Shown in pieces: positions 17,875 to 26,436 of a stretch of DNA of 26,436 bases (position 1 is the first letter of the stretch; every line of letters begins with the position of its first letter). The notes below the pieces were generated by a model. It was given only the letters and a program-made list of their open reading frames with translations, ran no database searches and had not been told where the DNA came from. The DNA is from Methanobacteriota archaeon. GTDB lineage: Archaea; Halobacteriota; Bog-38; Methanoflorentales; Methanoflorentaceae. The stretch is from positions 1 through 26,436 of the forward strand of contig CAVRAO010000003.1 of assembly GCA_963719035.1 (NCBI GenBank), written 5' to 3'. Both the position numbers and the translations under genes were made by a program.

Positions 17875-18169
17875 GTTGGGATGCTCGCCGGGACAATCCT
17901 CAATGCTGTCTTAGGGGGATGGGTCGTGTTTGTTTGCGGCGAGATTGATGAGCTTATATCCGTTTCTGGTTAGAGACAAAGCGGTAAGTCCAATCGAAAA
18001 CAGATCCATCAACTTTCTGAAAGCTGAAAGCGCCCCAGTGCTTTAACACTTAGTTGAAAGTCAATTGAACCCAACAGTCTCCTTTATTGCCTCAGATGGC
18101 TCGGCACCAGAATCAAGAGTAGTGCTCGTTTCCGCCTGTCGCGTGGTTCCATTACTTTTGCGTAAGCTT

Positions 18170-18203
18170 GCCTATCCGCTAGCACCGCCTATCCGTTAGC
18201 ACC
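18170..18203. repeat. 17-bp tandem direct repeat, 2 copies
   Basis: GCCTATCCGCTAGCACC / GCCTATCCGTTAGCACC (one mismatch). Confidence 0.85.
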
Positions 18204-18400
18204 AAAGCAATTCTCTGCGCGAGCCATTCAACTTCTCTTGACTGGATAGACAAGACTTATACCCTCACTCTGATATACCGCCAACTAATGACCCTAGCAT
18301 AGGCTTATACGCCGACGGCTCCAAATAGCACGTAGCCAAAGCGTCAAATGTCGAGGGAGTGCCACTGAATCGACACTCTGACGCAAGGAAAAGGGTTGTC

Positions 18401-18408
18401 TTTTAAAA
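18401..18408 (+). promoter_or_regulatory. Putative TATA box for the hisF-like gene
   Basis: TTTTAAAA preceded by a purine-rich stretch, about 110 nt upstream of ATG 18519. Confidence 0.4.
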
Positions 18409-18518
18409 GTCCAAATAATGCGTGGCTAGGTACACAAGGCTCGAAAGATTGGCATCTCAACGTCCACTTGTGATTTGTATCGCGACATATGCACCTCGTG
18501 CGGCATGGGGGCTTCCAA

Positions 18519-19388
18519 ATGTCAAAAAACGTTAGAATCATCCCAAGGCTAGACATTAAGGGCCCAAATCTCGTCAAAGGGATCCATCTAGAAGGATTGC
18601 GGGTGCTCGGGAAACCAGAGGATTTTGCCGCGCAGTACTACGCTGATGGCGCGGATGAATTGCTCTACCTTGATATCGTTGCAAGTCTGTACCAGAGAAA
18701 TAACTTAACCGAAATAGTAACAAAAACAGCGGAAAATATCTTCATTCCGCTTACAGCAGGAGGCGGTATTAGAACGATTGAAGATATTGGCAAAATTCTT
18801 AGAGCGGGAGCTGACAAAGTAGCTATCAATACCGCAGCGATCAGCAATCCGCAATTTATTTCGACAGCGGCGAAAACCTACGGATCGCAATGTATCGTGG
18901 CATCAATTGAAGCGAAACGCAAGAACTTCAGGCGATATGAGGCTTATACTGACAACGGAAGAGAGAGAACAGGCCTTGATGTGTTTGACTGGGCTCAGCA
19001 AGCTGTGGAATTGGGTGCTTGCGAACTGCTAATTACCTCGATTGACAATGAGGGGACAGGCGCAGGCTACGACGTTGAACTGATATCTACAATTTCTCGT
19101 ATAGTTCCGGTGCCTGTTATTGCTTGTGGCGGAGCGGGAGAACTTCAGCATTTTAGAGAAGCTGCAATTAGCGGAAGGGCAGACGCACTGTCTGCTGCGT
19201 CTGTATTTCATTACGGATTACTAAAGAACATTGACATTTCGCGATTTGAACGAGAAGGTAACATCGAATTTATAAAGAAGCTGCAATCAGACTCGAATAC
19301 ACGATTTAGCAAAATTCACACTTTGAGAATTGGTGAACTGAAAAAATACCTCTCGGAACAAGGAATCGGTTGCAGACTACCTGTCTAG
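18519..19388 (+). CDS. HisF-like cyclase-subunit paralog for glycan amidation (WbuZ/AglZ-type)
   Basis: RIIPRLDIKGPNLVKGIHLEGLR, DIVASLY, GADKVAINTAA, TSIDNEGTG. It sits in a glycan locus with no other his genes. Confidence 0.9.
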   Translation: MSKNVRIIPRLDIKGPNLVKGIHLEGLRVLGKPEDFAAQYYADGADELLYLDIVASLYQRNNLTEIVTKTAENIFIPLTAGGGIRTIEDIGKILRAGADKVAINTAAISNPQFISTAAKTYGSQCIVASIEAKRKNFRRYEAYTDNGRERTGLDVFDWAQQAVELGACELLITSIDNEGTGAGYDVELISTISRIVPVPVIACGGAGELQHFREAAISGRADALSAASVFHYGLLKNIDISRFEREGNIEFIKKLQSDSNTRFSKIHTLRIGELKKYLSEQGIGCRLPV

Positions 19389-19417
19389 CATAATAACGGA
19401 TTCGGAGATTCAACGTA

Positions 19418-20104
19418 TTGAACGCTTCAGCAGGTATTATCATCGTCGATTATAGACTGGGAAATCTCTTCAGTATTGAGCGGGCGCTACGATATGTCGG
19501 AGCTAAACCCCAGATTACAAGCGACACGCAAACGATTGCCGAAGCTGATTCTATTGTGTTGCCCGGCGTAGGAGCGTTTGCAGATGGCATGGCGAACCTG
19601 CTAGACCTGGGCTTAATAGACCCACTCAAAGAACATATAAAAGCCGATAAGCCACTTTTGGGAATTTGTCTAGGGATGCAACTGTTGCTGACGTATGGTG
19701 AGGAATTTGGCAAGCACGATGGATTAGGAGTCGTACCAGGAAAGGTAGTTCGTTTTGCCGATGACGGGGGGAGCATAAAAATTCCGCACGTAGGCTGGGG
19801 CAAACTATTGGTGCCGGATAAGACGAGTGAATATCACTTGAACAGCAGTCAAAATGCAGAGAGCGCGTCTTGGTCAGGAACTATTCTCGAAGGGATTACG
19901 GAAGGATCTTTTGTATATTTTGTTCATTCCTTTTTCGTGATTCCTGACAGTTTGACAAACGTTCTAGCTGTGACAACGTACGGCAGTCAGACGTTCTGTT
20001 CAGTTCTCAAAACGGACAACGTTTACGGATGTCAATTCCACCCGGAAAGGAGCGGTAATATTGGCCTACACATCTACAAACAATTTATCAGCCTCAGTAA
20101 TTGA
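19418..20104 (+). CDS. HisH-like class I glutamine amidotransferase (WbuY/AglY-type)
   Basis: LPGVGAF, LGICLGMQLL (catalytic Cys), PHVGW, YFVHS, QFHPERS (His-Glu). Confidence 0.92.
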   Translation: MNASAGIIIVDYRLGNLFSIERALRYVGAKPQITSDTQTIAEADSIVLPGVGAFADGMANLLDLGLIDPLKEHIKADKPLLGICLGMQLLLTYGEEFGKHDGLGVVPGKVVRFADDGGSIKIPHVGWGKLLVPDKTSEYHLNSSQNAESASWSGTILEGITEGSFVYFVHSFFVIPDSLTNVLAVTTYGSQTFCSVLKTDNVYGCQFHPERSGNIGLHIYKQFISLSN

Positions 20105-20444
20105 CTCGCGATCGTTCAAGAAGACCTGTCGCAGGTTATGTGGACGGATTCGGAAGCATCAGTCTAGCTCCACCATCAACGTTCGATGCGTGAGTACCAC
20201 GACGCCACTTAGGAGAGGCACGATTCTAGACGAGAGGTGCTTCGATCACGTTCGAATTAAATAGCAGACGCAACTACGAAGTTGCTCGCTTAGAGCGATT
20301 ATGTAGCAGAGAAAAGCAAGAACTAAAGAATTATCAACAAAAAGATATCTCTTGTGTCGCGTGACTCGAATACTGTAGGCAAATAGTATTCTGTTGCGTC
20401 ACCAACCGATTGGCAACTTCTTGCGCAAACAACACCACGCTAGC

Positions 20445-21663
20445 ATGTACGAAAAAAGAGATCTGCGAGGATACGGGCTGCCAGAAGAGGTCAAGTTTTG
20501 CACCCGATGTGTGATGTCGAACCAGAGACCCAGCTCGGTTCCCGAATATCAACATACTTTGCAACAAAAGAAGCCCACGCTTGCGGTTGACGAGCACGGA
20601 GTATGCGATGCTTGTCGTTTTGCGGAATTAAAAGAAGAAGTGGATTGGGAACAGCGTGAAAACGAGTTGATACGATTACTAGACGAGCACAGGAGAGATG
20701 ACGGATACTATGATGTTGTTGTCCCTGGTAGCGGTGGCAAGGACAGCGGCTTTGCCTCGCACATACTGAAATACAAGTACGGTATGCACCCGTTAACTGT
20801 AACTTGGCCGCCACACATTTACACTGAAATCGGGTGGAAAAACTTTCAGAGTTGGATCAACATAGGAGGCTTCGATAACATCACCTATTGGCCTAATGGC
20901 AAAATTCATCGCTTATTGACCAAACTAGCCGTTCAAAATCTATTGCACCCGTTCCAGCCTTTCATCTTGGGCCAAAAGAATATCGCTCCAAAGATTGCAA
21001 TCAACTTTGGCATCAAACTTGTACTGTACGGTGAGAATGAAGCAGAGTATGGAAATCCGATCGTCGAGAATCTATCTCCACAGAGGGAGAAAAAGTATTA
21101 TTCTGTCGAACGGTCCAATCTGCACGATCTGTATCTCGGCGGGGTATCTGTAAAAGAGCTGATTGATGACTACAAGCTGCCCCTAAGCGATTTGGAGGCA
21201 TATCTACCGCCTAAAAGAGAAGAGCTTGAAAAGGCTGAGGTTGATGTCCGATATTTGGGGTACTGATCTTAAGTGGACCCCACAAGAGTCGTACTATTAT
21301 TCTGTCGAAAACACCGGGTTTGAGGCAAATCCTGAACGCACAGAAGGTACGTATTCCAAGTACAACAGCTTAGACGATAGAATTGATGGATTTCATTACT
21401 ATACAACCTACATCAAATTTGGTTTAGGCAGAGCAAGCTACGATGCTTCGCAAGAGATCAGAAATAAGCACCTCACTCGCGAAGAAGGCGTAGCCTTGGT
21501 GCGTCGGTTTGACGGCGAATTCCCGAGCAAGTACTTTAAAGAGATCTTGAACTATATCGAGATGGATGAAGAAGAGTTTTTTGAGCTCATCGACAGTTTT
21601 AGAGCACCTCATCTGTGGGAAAAAAAAGCTGGCCAGTGGAGGCTCAAGCGTCAGGTAGCTTGA
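20445..21663 (+). CDS. N-acetyl sugar amidotransferase (WbuX/PseA/PtmG/AglX family), split by a +1 frameshift
   Basis: CTRCVMSNQRP, CDAC, PP-loop SGGKDS and YGENEAEYG. The second part has KFGLGRA and IRNKHLTREEG. Removing G21265 converts TAC TGA TCT T to TAC TAT CTT (YLGYYLKWTPQE), giving 405 aa. Confidence 0.9.
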
Positions 21664-21665
21664 CC

Positions 21666-22085
21666 ATGACGAACGCGGACGTCGATGACTATCGATACTG
21701 GATTGGCAGAGAAAGGCGTTTCAGAAAAAAGATTCTTCAAAGATCGCTCCTTGTCCGGGAGGCAAACGTATTTAGGAGCTGTCAAGACTGCAAAGAGATA
21801 TGCCTTTGTCACGAGGATAGATGCCCCAACTGCAACTCAGATAACATCCACAGCGAGCAACTGCTAGAGGTCAAGAAGACGTCCTCGATAGTAGGATACG
21901 GTGCGAGTTTAGATTCGAAGGTATTCAAACTGGTAGATAATCCGCGTTCAAGCGAGCCGCGCGGAATAGTGTACGCAAGGCAGATTCTACCCCAAGACTT
22001 GCCACTCCCTTTTGTCGTGGCTGAACGTTTGAGTCAATCTGCCAGTTTCGGCCCGGTTGAGTGCGTGCGGATCGTCTCCTCGTAA
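21666..22085 (+). CDS. Small Cys-rich (zinc-ribbon-like) protein; 3' end uncertain
   Basis: ATG 2 nt after the amidotransferase TGA, with AGGT upstream. Motif CQDCKEICLCHEDRCPNC. As written it overlaps the convergent GT by 52 nt; an alternative frame after about 21872 ends at 21940. Confidence 0.6.
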   Translation: MTNADVDDYRYWIGRERRFRKKILQRSLLVREANVFRSCQDCKEICLCHEDRCPNCNSDNIHSEQLLEVKKTSSIVGYGASLDSKVFKLVDNPRSSEPRGIVYARQILPQDLPLPFVVAERLSQSASFGPVECVRIVSS

Positions 22086-23170
22086 ATCCTCTCGTAATCT
22101 TCAGCGACCCTATCCCACGCTCTGACCTTGTGGCTCAATGGTCCCACAGCTACGTTCTTTTTATGAATGGAAACGATCAATTCAGCCAACTGTCTTGGAT
22201 CTGGGGGGTACCTCACGCCAAAACATCCAGGCTCTTTCAAAAACTCACTCAGCGCCGCAATGTCTGAAACGATGCTAGGAACCCCTTTGGCCAACGCTTC
22301 GGCCACTACCAAGCCGTAGCATTCGCAGCGCGACATGAAAACGAACAAGTCCGCTTCTGCGTACAACCGATTCAATTCTTCCCTGCTCAAGTTGTAGTAG
22401 AATTCGGTCGATCTTTCCAAGTGTAAACTCTCTATTAGGTTTTCGAGGCTGGCCTTATAGGATCCGTCGCCGACGATACGAAGCCTGATGTTTTGTTTGA
22501 GCTGGTCTCTTAAATATGGCAGCGATCTAATAACGTACTGGATTCCTTTTGACTCCACCAAGTTTCCAACGTAAAGCAGGGTGATGGTATCATCGGTCGC
22601 GGGATGCCGCCGATCGCGTGTGACAACTTCATCAACCCCTAACGGGACAACCGTAAATCGCGACGCGGACACGCTAGTGATTTGACCAATCAACCCCTTC
22701 TCGTACTCTGACGTGCAAATAGTTCGATCTACCCAGCGGAATGGTAATCTGCCTACAAGAGAGAACAAATCATAAAGATGCGGAAAAATACCTGTCTTTG
22801 TGCCACGGACACCATTAAAGTGGGGCGTGAAAACACTAGGTATCAAGTTTCTTTTACAGAAATAGGCGACCAACGGGCTCCAAAGGGAGTAGTAGTTATG
22901 GATGTTGACAAGGTCGTAGCTAGCGACATGGTCTTTCAGATAGGAGATTACATTGAAGCTCTCATATCCCAGAGCATTGTGCTTGCAATAAGGCAGCGAA
23001 ATGATCTTGACTCCATCGGAATATTCCTCTGCAGCCGAGCTACTAATGTTTAAGGTTAGGACAGTATACTCGTGTCCTCGGTTTACAAGCTGTTTGCCTA
23101 TCCTGTTTACAACTTCATTCACGCCGCTTATAGGCAAGTAGTGCAAGTTGTTTGTAGCTAGAATTCTCAT
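22034..23170 (-). CDS. GT4 family glycosyltransferase
   Basis: MRILATN, SGV, LLYVGNLVESKG, ADLFVFMSRCECYGLVVAEALAKGVP. Start is ATG 23170 or ATG 23188; TTTATACA lies at 23215-23222 on the minus strand. Confidence 0.9.
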   Translation of the reverse strand: MRILATNNLHYLPISGVNEVVNRIGKQLVNRGHEYTVLTLNISSSAAEEYSDGVKIISLPYCKHNALGYESFNVISYLKDHVASYDLVNIHNYYSLWSPLVAYFCKRNLIPSVFTPHFNGVRGTKTGIFPHLYDLFSLVGRLPFRWVDRTICTSEYEKGLIGQITSVSASRFTVVPLGVDEVVTRDRRHPATDDTITLLYVGNLVESKGIQYVIRSLPYLRDQLKQNIRLRIVGDGSYKASLENLIESLHLERSTEFYYNLSREELNRLYAEADLFVFMSRCECYGLVVAEALAKGVPSIVSDIAALSEFLKEPGCFGVRYPPDPRQLAELIVSIHKKNVAVGPLSHKVRAWDRVAEDYERIYEETIRTHSTGPKLAD

Positions 23171-23597
23171 AGAACCTTGCGGGATCATGTGGGCGTATTC
23201 AGCCAAGCGCAGATTGTATAAATCTCTCAACACTGGCGGCTGACGCGAGCCGGTTGTCGCGCTTATTCATGCAAGGCTGAGTTGCAGTATATAACTCTAC
23301 GTTTGTGGTAACGCTCGCCCCAGCTGCGCTGGAGCGTTGAGCTCGAACCTATCTGTTCTTTCGACAGCATAGCAGTCACAAGCATTTCTTCAGCACCCTC
23401 GTGGAACCTGACAAAATCAGTCTGCCTCTCGCCGGCGTTGAGCAGGCGAGTTTTGAAACGCATAGCAACCATCTTGCCAAGACCAATTAGCGATTGTTCG
23501 TCGCTACTTATATGTTTTCGACATTCTCATAAATAACCAGGATAATTTCGCGGCTGTTGAATCCAACTTTCGGTCTATAGCGTAAACGTAGGTGTGA

Positions 23598-24608
23598 ATG
23601 AACGATTTACCTTCAGTCTCAATCATAATTTCGACTTATGATGGCAAAGAGATCTTGGATAGTTGTTTGTCTTCTCTACTTCAAAGGACCAACTATCCGC
23701 GAGAGAGAATGCGCGTCGTAGTCGTTGACGACGGTTCTACAGATAGCACCTATGACTATGTGCAGCAGAAATACGCAGGAGAGGTCTCCATAATGCGTTG
23801 GAACGAAAATTTGGGCTTTATTCAAGCAAACAATAGAGCTATGGACCGTTGTCTCGAAGACGCCCCTGATTATATCCTCTTGCTGAACAACGACACGCGC
23901 GTTATACAAAACGATTGGCTCAGGAAGTTGACTGAGACAGCAGAGAGTTACGGTGAACGTATTGGAGTTATTTCTCCCAAGCTGATCTTCCCAAACGGGA
24001 AGATACAGTGGTCTGGACAGCCCCGCCAAAACCGCACGTTTTCTCTGATCTTACAAACGATCACAGCTCGAAACAACCCTGGTTTTGGGATCAAAAGTCC
24101 TGAAAGCGGTGCGACTGACGTGCTGGAAGTAAACACGGCCACAGGAGCTTGCATGCTAATAAAATCCGACCTCATCCGATCGATCGGAATGTTCGATACT
24201 GCCCTCATTCCGGCCTATCAAGAAGACGTTGAATACTCGTTTAGAGCCTGGCGGGCCGGGTACAAGGTGCTCTATCGACCCGACGCCTGCGTGATCCACG
24301 AAGAACGTCTCACCCACGATTCGCCGGACTCAGAGGCCTCGAGAAAAAAGAAGTACTGGCAACTGAGGAACGGCATCATCGTCTCTCTTAGATATTTTGG
24401 CCTCGCGAAAGCTTTGCTGTTTGGCTCGCCCATCTTTTTTTTCACGGCGCTGTTTGACGTTCGAGACAAGCAGCAAGCACTTGGCATATTTAACTTGAAG
24501 CGAGCAAGCGGATTTGGCGAGTCAGTGCGAATCTTGCACCGAAGTGCGGCCGATGCACTATCCATCTACTTAGCTGAACGATCGGGCCGTGAGCGGGGAA
24601 GCGGCTGA
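23598..24608 (+). CDS. GT2 family glycosyltransferase (rhamnosyltransferase-like subfamily)
   Basis: VSIII, VVVDDGSTD, ENLGF, LLLNNDT, GACMLI, EDVEYSFRA; AGGTG RBS. Confidence 0.92.
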   Translation: MNDLPSVSIIISTYDGKEILDSCLSSLLQRTNYPRERMRVVVVDDGSTDSTYDYVQQKYAGEVSIMRWNENLGFIQANNRAMDRCLEDAPDYILLLNNDTRVIQNDWLRKLTETAESYGERIGVISPKLIFPNGKIQWSGQPRQNRTFSLILQTITARNNPGFGIKSPESGATDVLEVNTATGACMLIKSDLIRSIGMFDTALIPAYQEDVEYSFRAWRAGYKVLYRPDACVIHEERLTHDSPDSEASRKKKYWQLRNGIIVSLRYFGLAKALLFGSPIFFFTALFDVRDKQQALGIFNLKRASGFGESVRILHRSAADALSIYLAERSGRERGSG

Positions 24609-24862
24609 TCTTCGACCGACGAGCGTTCTCTTCAAGCCGCTCCTTCTGCAACCCGAAGCTTCTCTTCGTTAGACACGGGTCAAGCGTCGCATCACCGCTG
24701 CGAAAAACGTTCGCCTTTAAGCGCCTTGAAAAGAAACGTTCACAATGCCCAATCGAGGGCGCCACGCCTGCTTCTTATGAAAATGAATGCTATCTGGCCG
24801 CGACCTATTATCGAAAGCCGTGCCAGCACTGTCGATCGCGATTCACTCGCGATCTTGCCTAC

Positions 24863-26053
24863 TCATTTTTGAGGCAAACGCACGTCAGTTTCGCGTCGAA
24901 CTCGGACAGCTGCACTACTACCTTTGAAAAGCTTGTCGTACTGCTCGGCAACGTGTTCCCACGAGTATGCCGCCGTCCGCTCGCACACATTCCGGCGACG
25001 CCACAAAGAGCCTTCCGGCTGGTGTTCCGTTGACGCCACCAAGTCGCTCACATCACTGCTATTCGAGAAATAGTGCGCAGAGCGACCGCATACTTCGTTG
25101 TTGAAAGGATTGTCGTGGGCGATGATGAGATTCCTTGACACCATTGCCTCCAAGAGACTCGGGTTGGTGCCACCGACGGAGTGCCCGTGGAAGTACGCAA
25201 GGCAGTGTTGCCGCAGCATCCACAACATCTCCATATCGTAGATCGCCCCCAAAAAGTGTATGGTGGCCGAACGACCGTTGGACATCTGCTCGCGGACCTG
25301 CTTCTCGTAGCTATGACTAGTGAAATCGCCCACGACGACTAACGGGTATTTCGGGTTCTCTTCCACGAATCCTTTGACGATCAAATCGATGTTGTTTTCA
25401 GGCTCGAGACGCGATATTAGCAGCCAGTACTTCCCAGGTTCTATCGCTCCCGTTCCGAGCTTTTCAGGAATATAGCAACCTAGTTTGGCCACATCCCATG
25501 GTTGTGGTGGTTGGCGTGCGACGCCGTACGGAATGTAAGAGACTTTGGAGTAATGTCGTGCACCAATGCATTGCTTCAGCTCTTCATTGTCAACTACGAT
25601 CCTAGTCGCAAGGTTGAGTGAAGTGGCGAAGTACAGTATGATGATGCTGCGCTCCACTATATTGTATTTGGCGCGCTTCCATTCTAACCCATCCATGTTG
25701 ACAACGACCTCTCTCCCGAGCAATCTCGGAAAAAGCAGAGCGGCCCCACCATAGATGCCAAGCATGTATACCACATCACAAACTAACGCATACTTAAGAA
25801 CGAAAAAACAGTCGTAAAGCAGCTCGAACACTTTTCTCAAAGTGTAGTTCGCGGGAGGTTTGAGCAGGAAGTAATCGAGGGTAGCCCCTGTGTTGTTAGC
25901 GATGCGCTTGCCACTTGCCGGTTTCTCACAGCTGCAACGAACGCGGTAACCTTTCTGCACGAGGCGGGGTAAGAGATCTGCAAGCATTCGCTCAAATCCG
26001 CCATAATTGTTTATGCCTCGCGCACCAACGATTCCTACTGTTTTGGTAGCCAT
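24863..26053 (-). CDS. GT4 glycosyltransferase with DUF1972-like N-terminus (WchF/RgpAc-like)
   Basis: GIVGARGINNYGGFE, NMDGLEWKRAKY, SRLEPENN, HGHSVGGTNPSLLEAM, HDNPFN. Start is ATG 26053 or GTG 26062. Confidence 0.9.
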   Translation of the reverse strand: MATKTVGIVGARGINNYGGFERMLADLLPRLVQKGYRVRCSCEKPASGKRIANNTGATLDYFLLKPPANYTLRKVFELLYDCFFVLKYALVCDVVYMLGIYGGAALLFPRLLGREVVVNMDGLEWKRAKYNIVERSIIILYFATSLNLATRIVVDNEELKQCIGARHYSKVSYIPYGVARQPPQPWDVAKLGCYIPEKLGTGAIEPGKYWLLISRLEPENNIDLIVKGFVEENPKYPLVVVGDFTSHSYEKQVREQMSNGRSATIHFLGAIYDMEMLWMLRQHCLAYFHGHSVGGTNPSLLEAMVSRNLIIAHDNPFNNEVCGRSAHYFSNSSDVSDLVASTEHQPEGSLWRRRNVCERTAAYSWEHVAEQYDKLFKGSSAAVRVRRETDVRLPQK

Positions 26054-26436
26054 GGCGGTCACTCTATCACGAATCCGAGAGTTTGAGTTATATTTGTTTT
26101 ATCGTCCGACTGCCCTCGCACTTTGACTAGTTCTATCCACAACAACAACGGTCAGTGAGCACGATCGTCGGCTTCCCGATCCTCACGCGACAGACTTTCA
26201 ATGTGAGCTCCCATCTCGCGGCATCGCGATTAAGAGCAAACCCCTCAAATCAAGGTCAACAACGAAAGTATTTAAGCACTTCGAAGCACTCTCGCCTTCG
26301 TTACACTAAATTGCGCTTAGAGCGCAATATTCCAAGAAAAGAGCAATTGTTCAGCAACTGTAAATCTCCTTGCGAAAGGCAAACCGCCCAACGATCTCGC
26401 CCTGTTAGGAGCTGAATAGAAGAAGAAGTGTCTTTC

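Noticed and set aside
18519-20104. Histidine biosynthesis hisF/hisH
   Set aside because: No other his genes are present. Adjacency to an N-acetyl sugar amidotransferase indicates the glycan-amidation paralogs.
21264-21266. TGA as selenocysteine or recoded stop in the amidotransferase
   Set aside because: The continuation is in a different frame and an in-frame TAA follows two codons later, so it is an indel rather than readthrough.
23263-23472. 69-aa minus-strand ORF between the GT4 and GT2 genes
   Set aside because: It has an ATG and a weak upstream AT box but no recognisable features. It cannot be supported without homology or expression data.
26155-26436. 86-aa ORF and a possible gene start at GTG 26428
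   Set aside because: The ORF has no recognisable motif and spans a TATA-like TATTTAAG. Too little sequence remains to call the downstream start.

Overview
Archaeal-looking surface-glycan (N-glycosylation/S-layer type) biosynthesis locus. The archaeal call rests on TATA-box promoters, GGAG/GGTG RBSs, several apparently leaderless starts and a DUF2206-like membrane protein; it is an inference and no taxonomy is proven. In order, the window holds: the 5' part of a secreted protein, an HTH protein, a small membrane protein, a DUF2206-like polytopic membrane protein, several GT4/GT2 glycosyltransferases, a SAM methyltransferase, an orphan GT-B protein, a nonulosonic acid (sialic/legionaminic-type) module (neuB, neuC, hexapeptide acyltransferase, DegT aminotransferase, CBS-SDR fusion, neuA), a Wzx-type flippase, and a HisF/HisH/N-acetyl-sugar amidotransferase trio (acetamidino modification) followed by a small Cys-rich ORF. 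Three genes are split by four single-base +1 frameshifts, which are more likely read/assembly errors than biology. A 93-bp in-frame tandem duplication covers one GT's 3' end. The most interesting signals are the non-canonical nonulosonate pathway with a CBS-SDR fusion, a candidate nonulosonate transferase, the Cys-rich protein coupled to the amidotransferase, and an HTH gene followed by direct repeats and an AT-rich tract. I found no tRNA, rRNA, CRISPR array, transposase or integrase. All family calls come from motifs read by eye, not from database searches.
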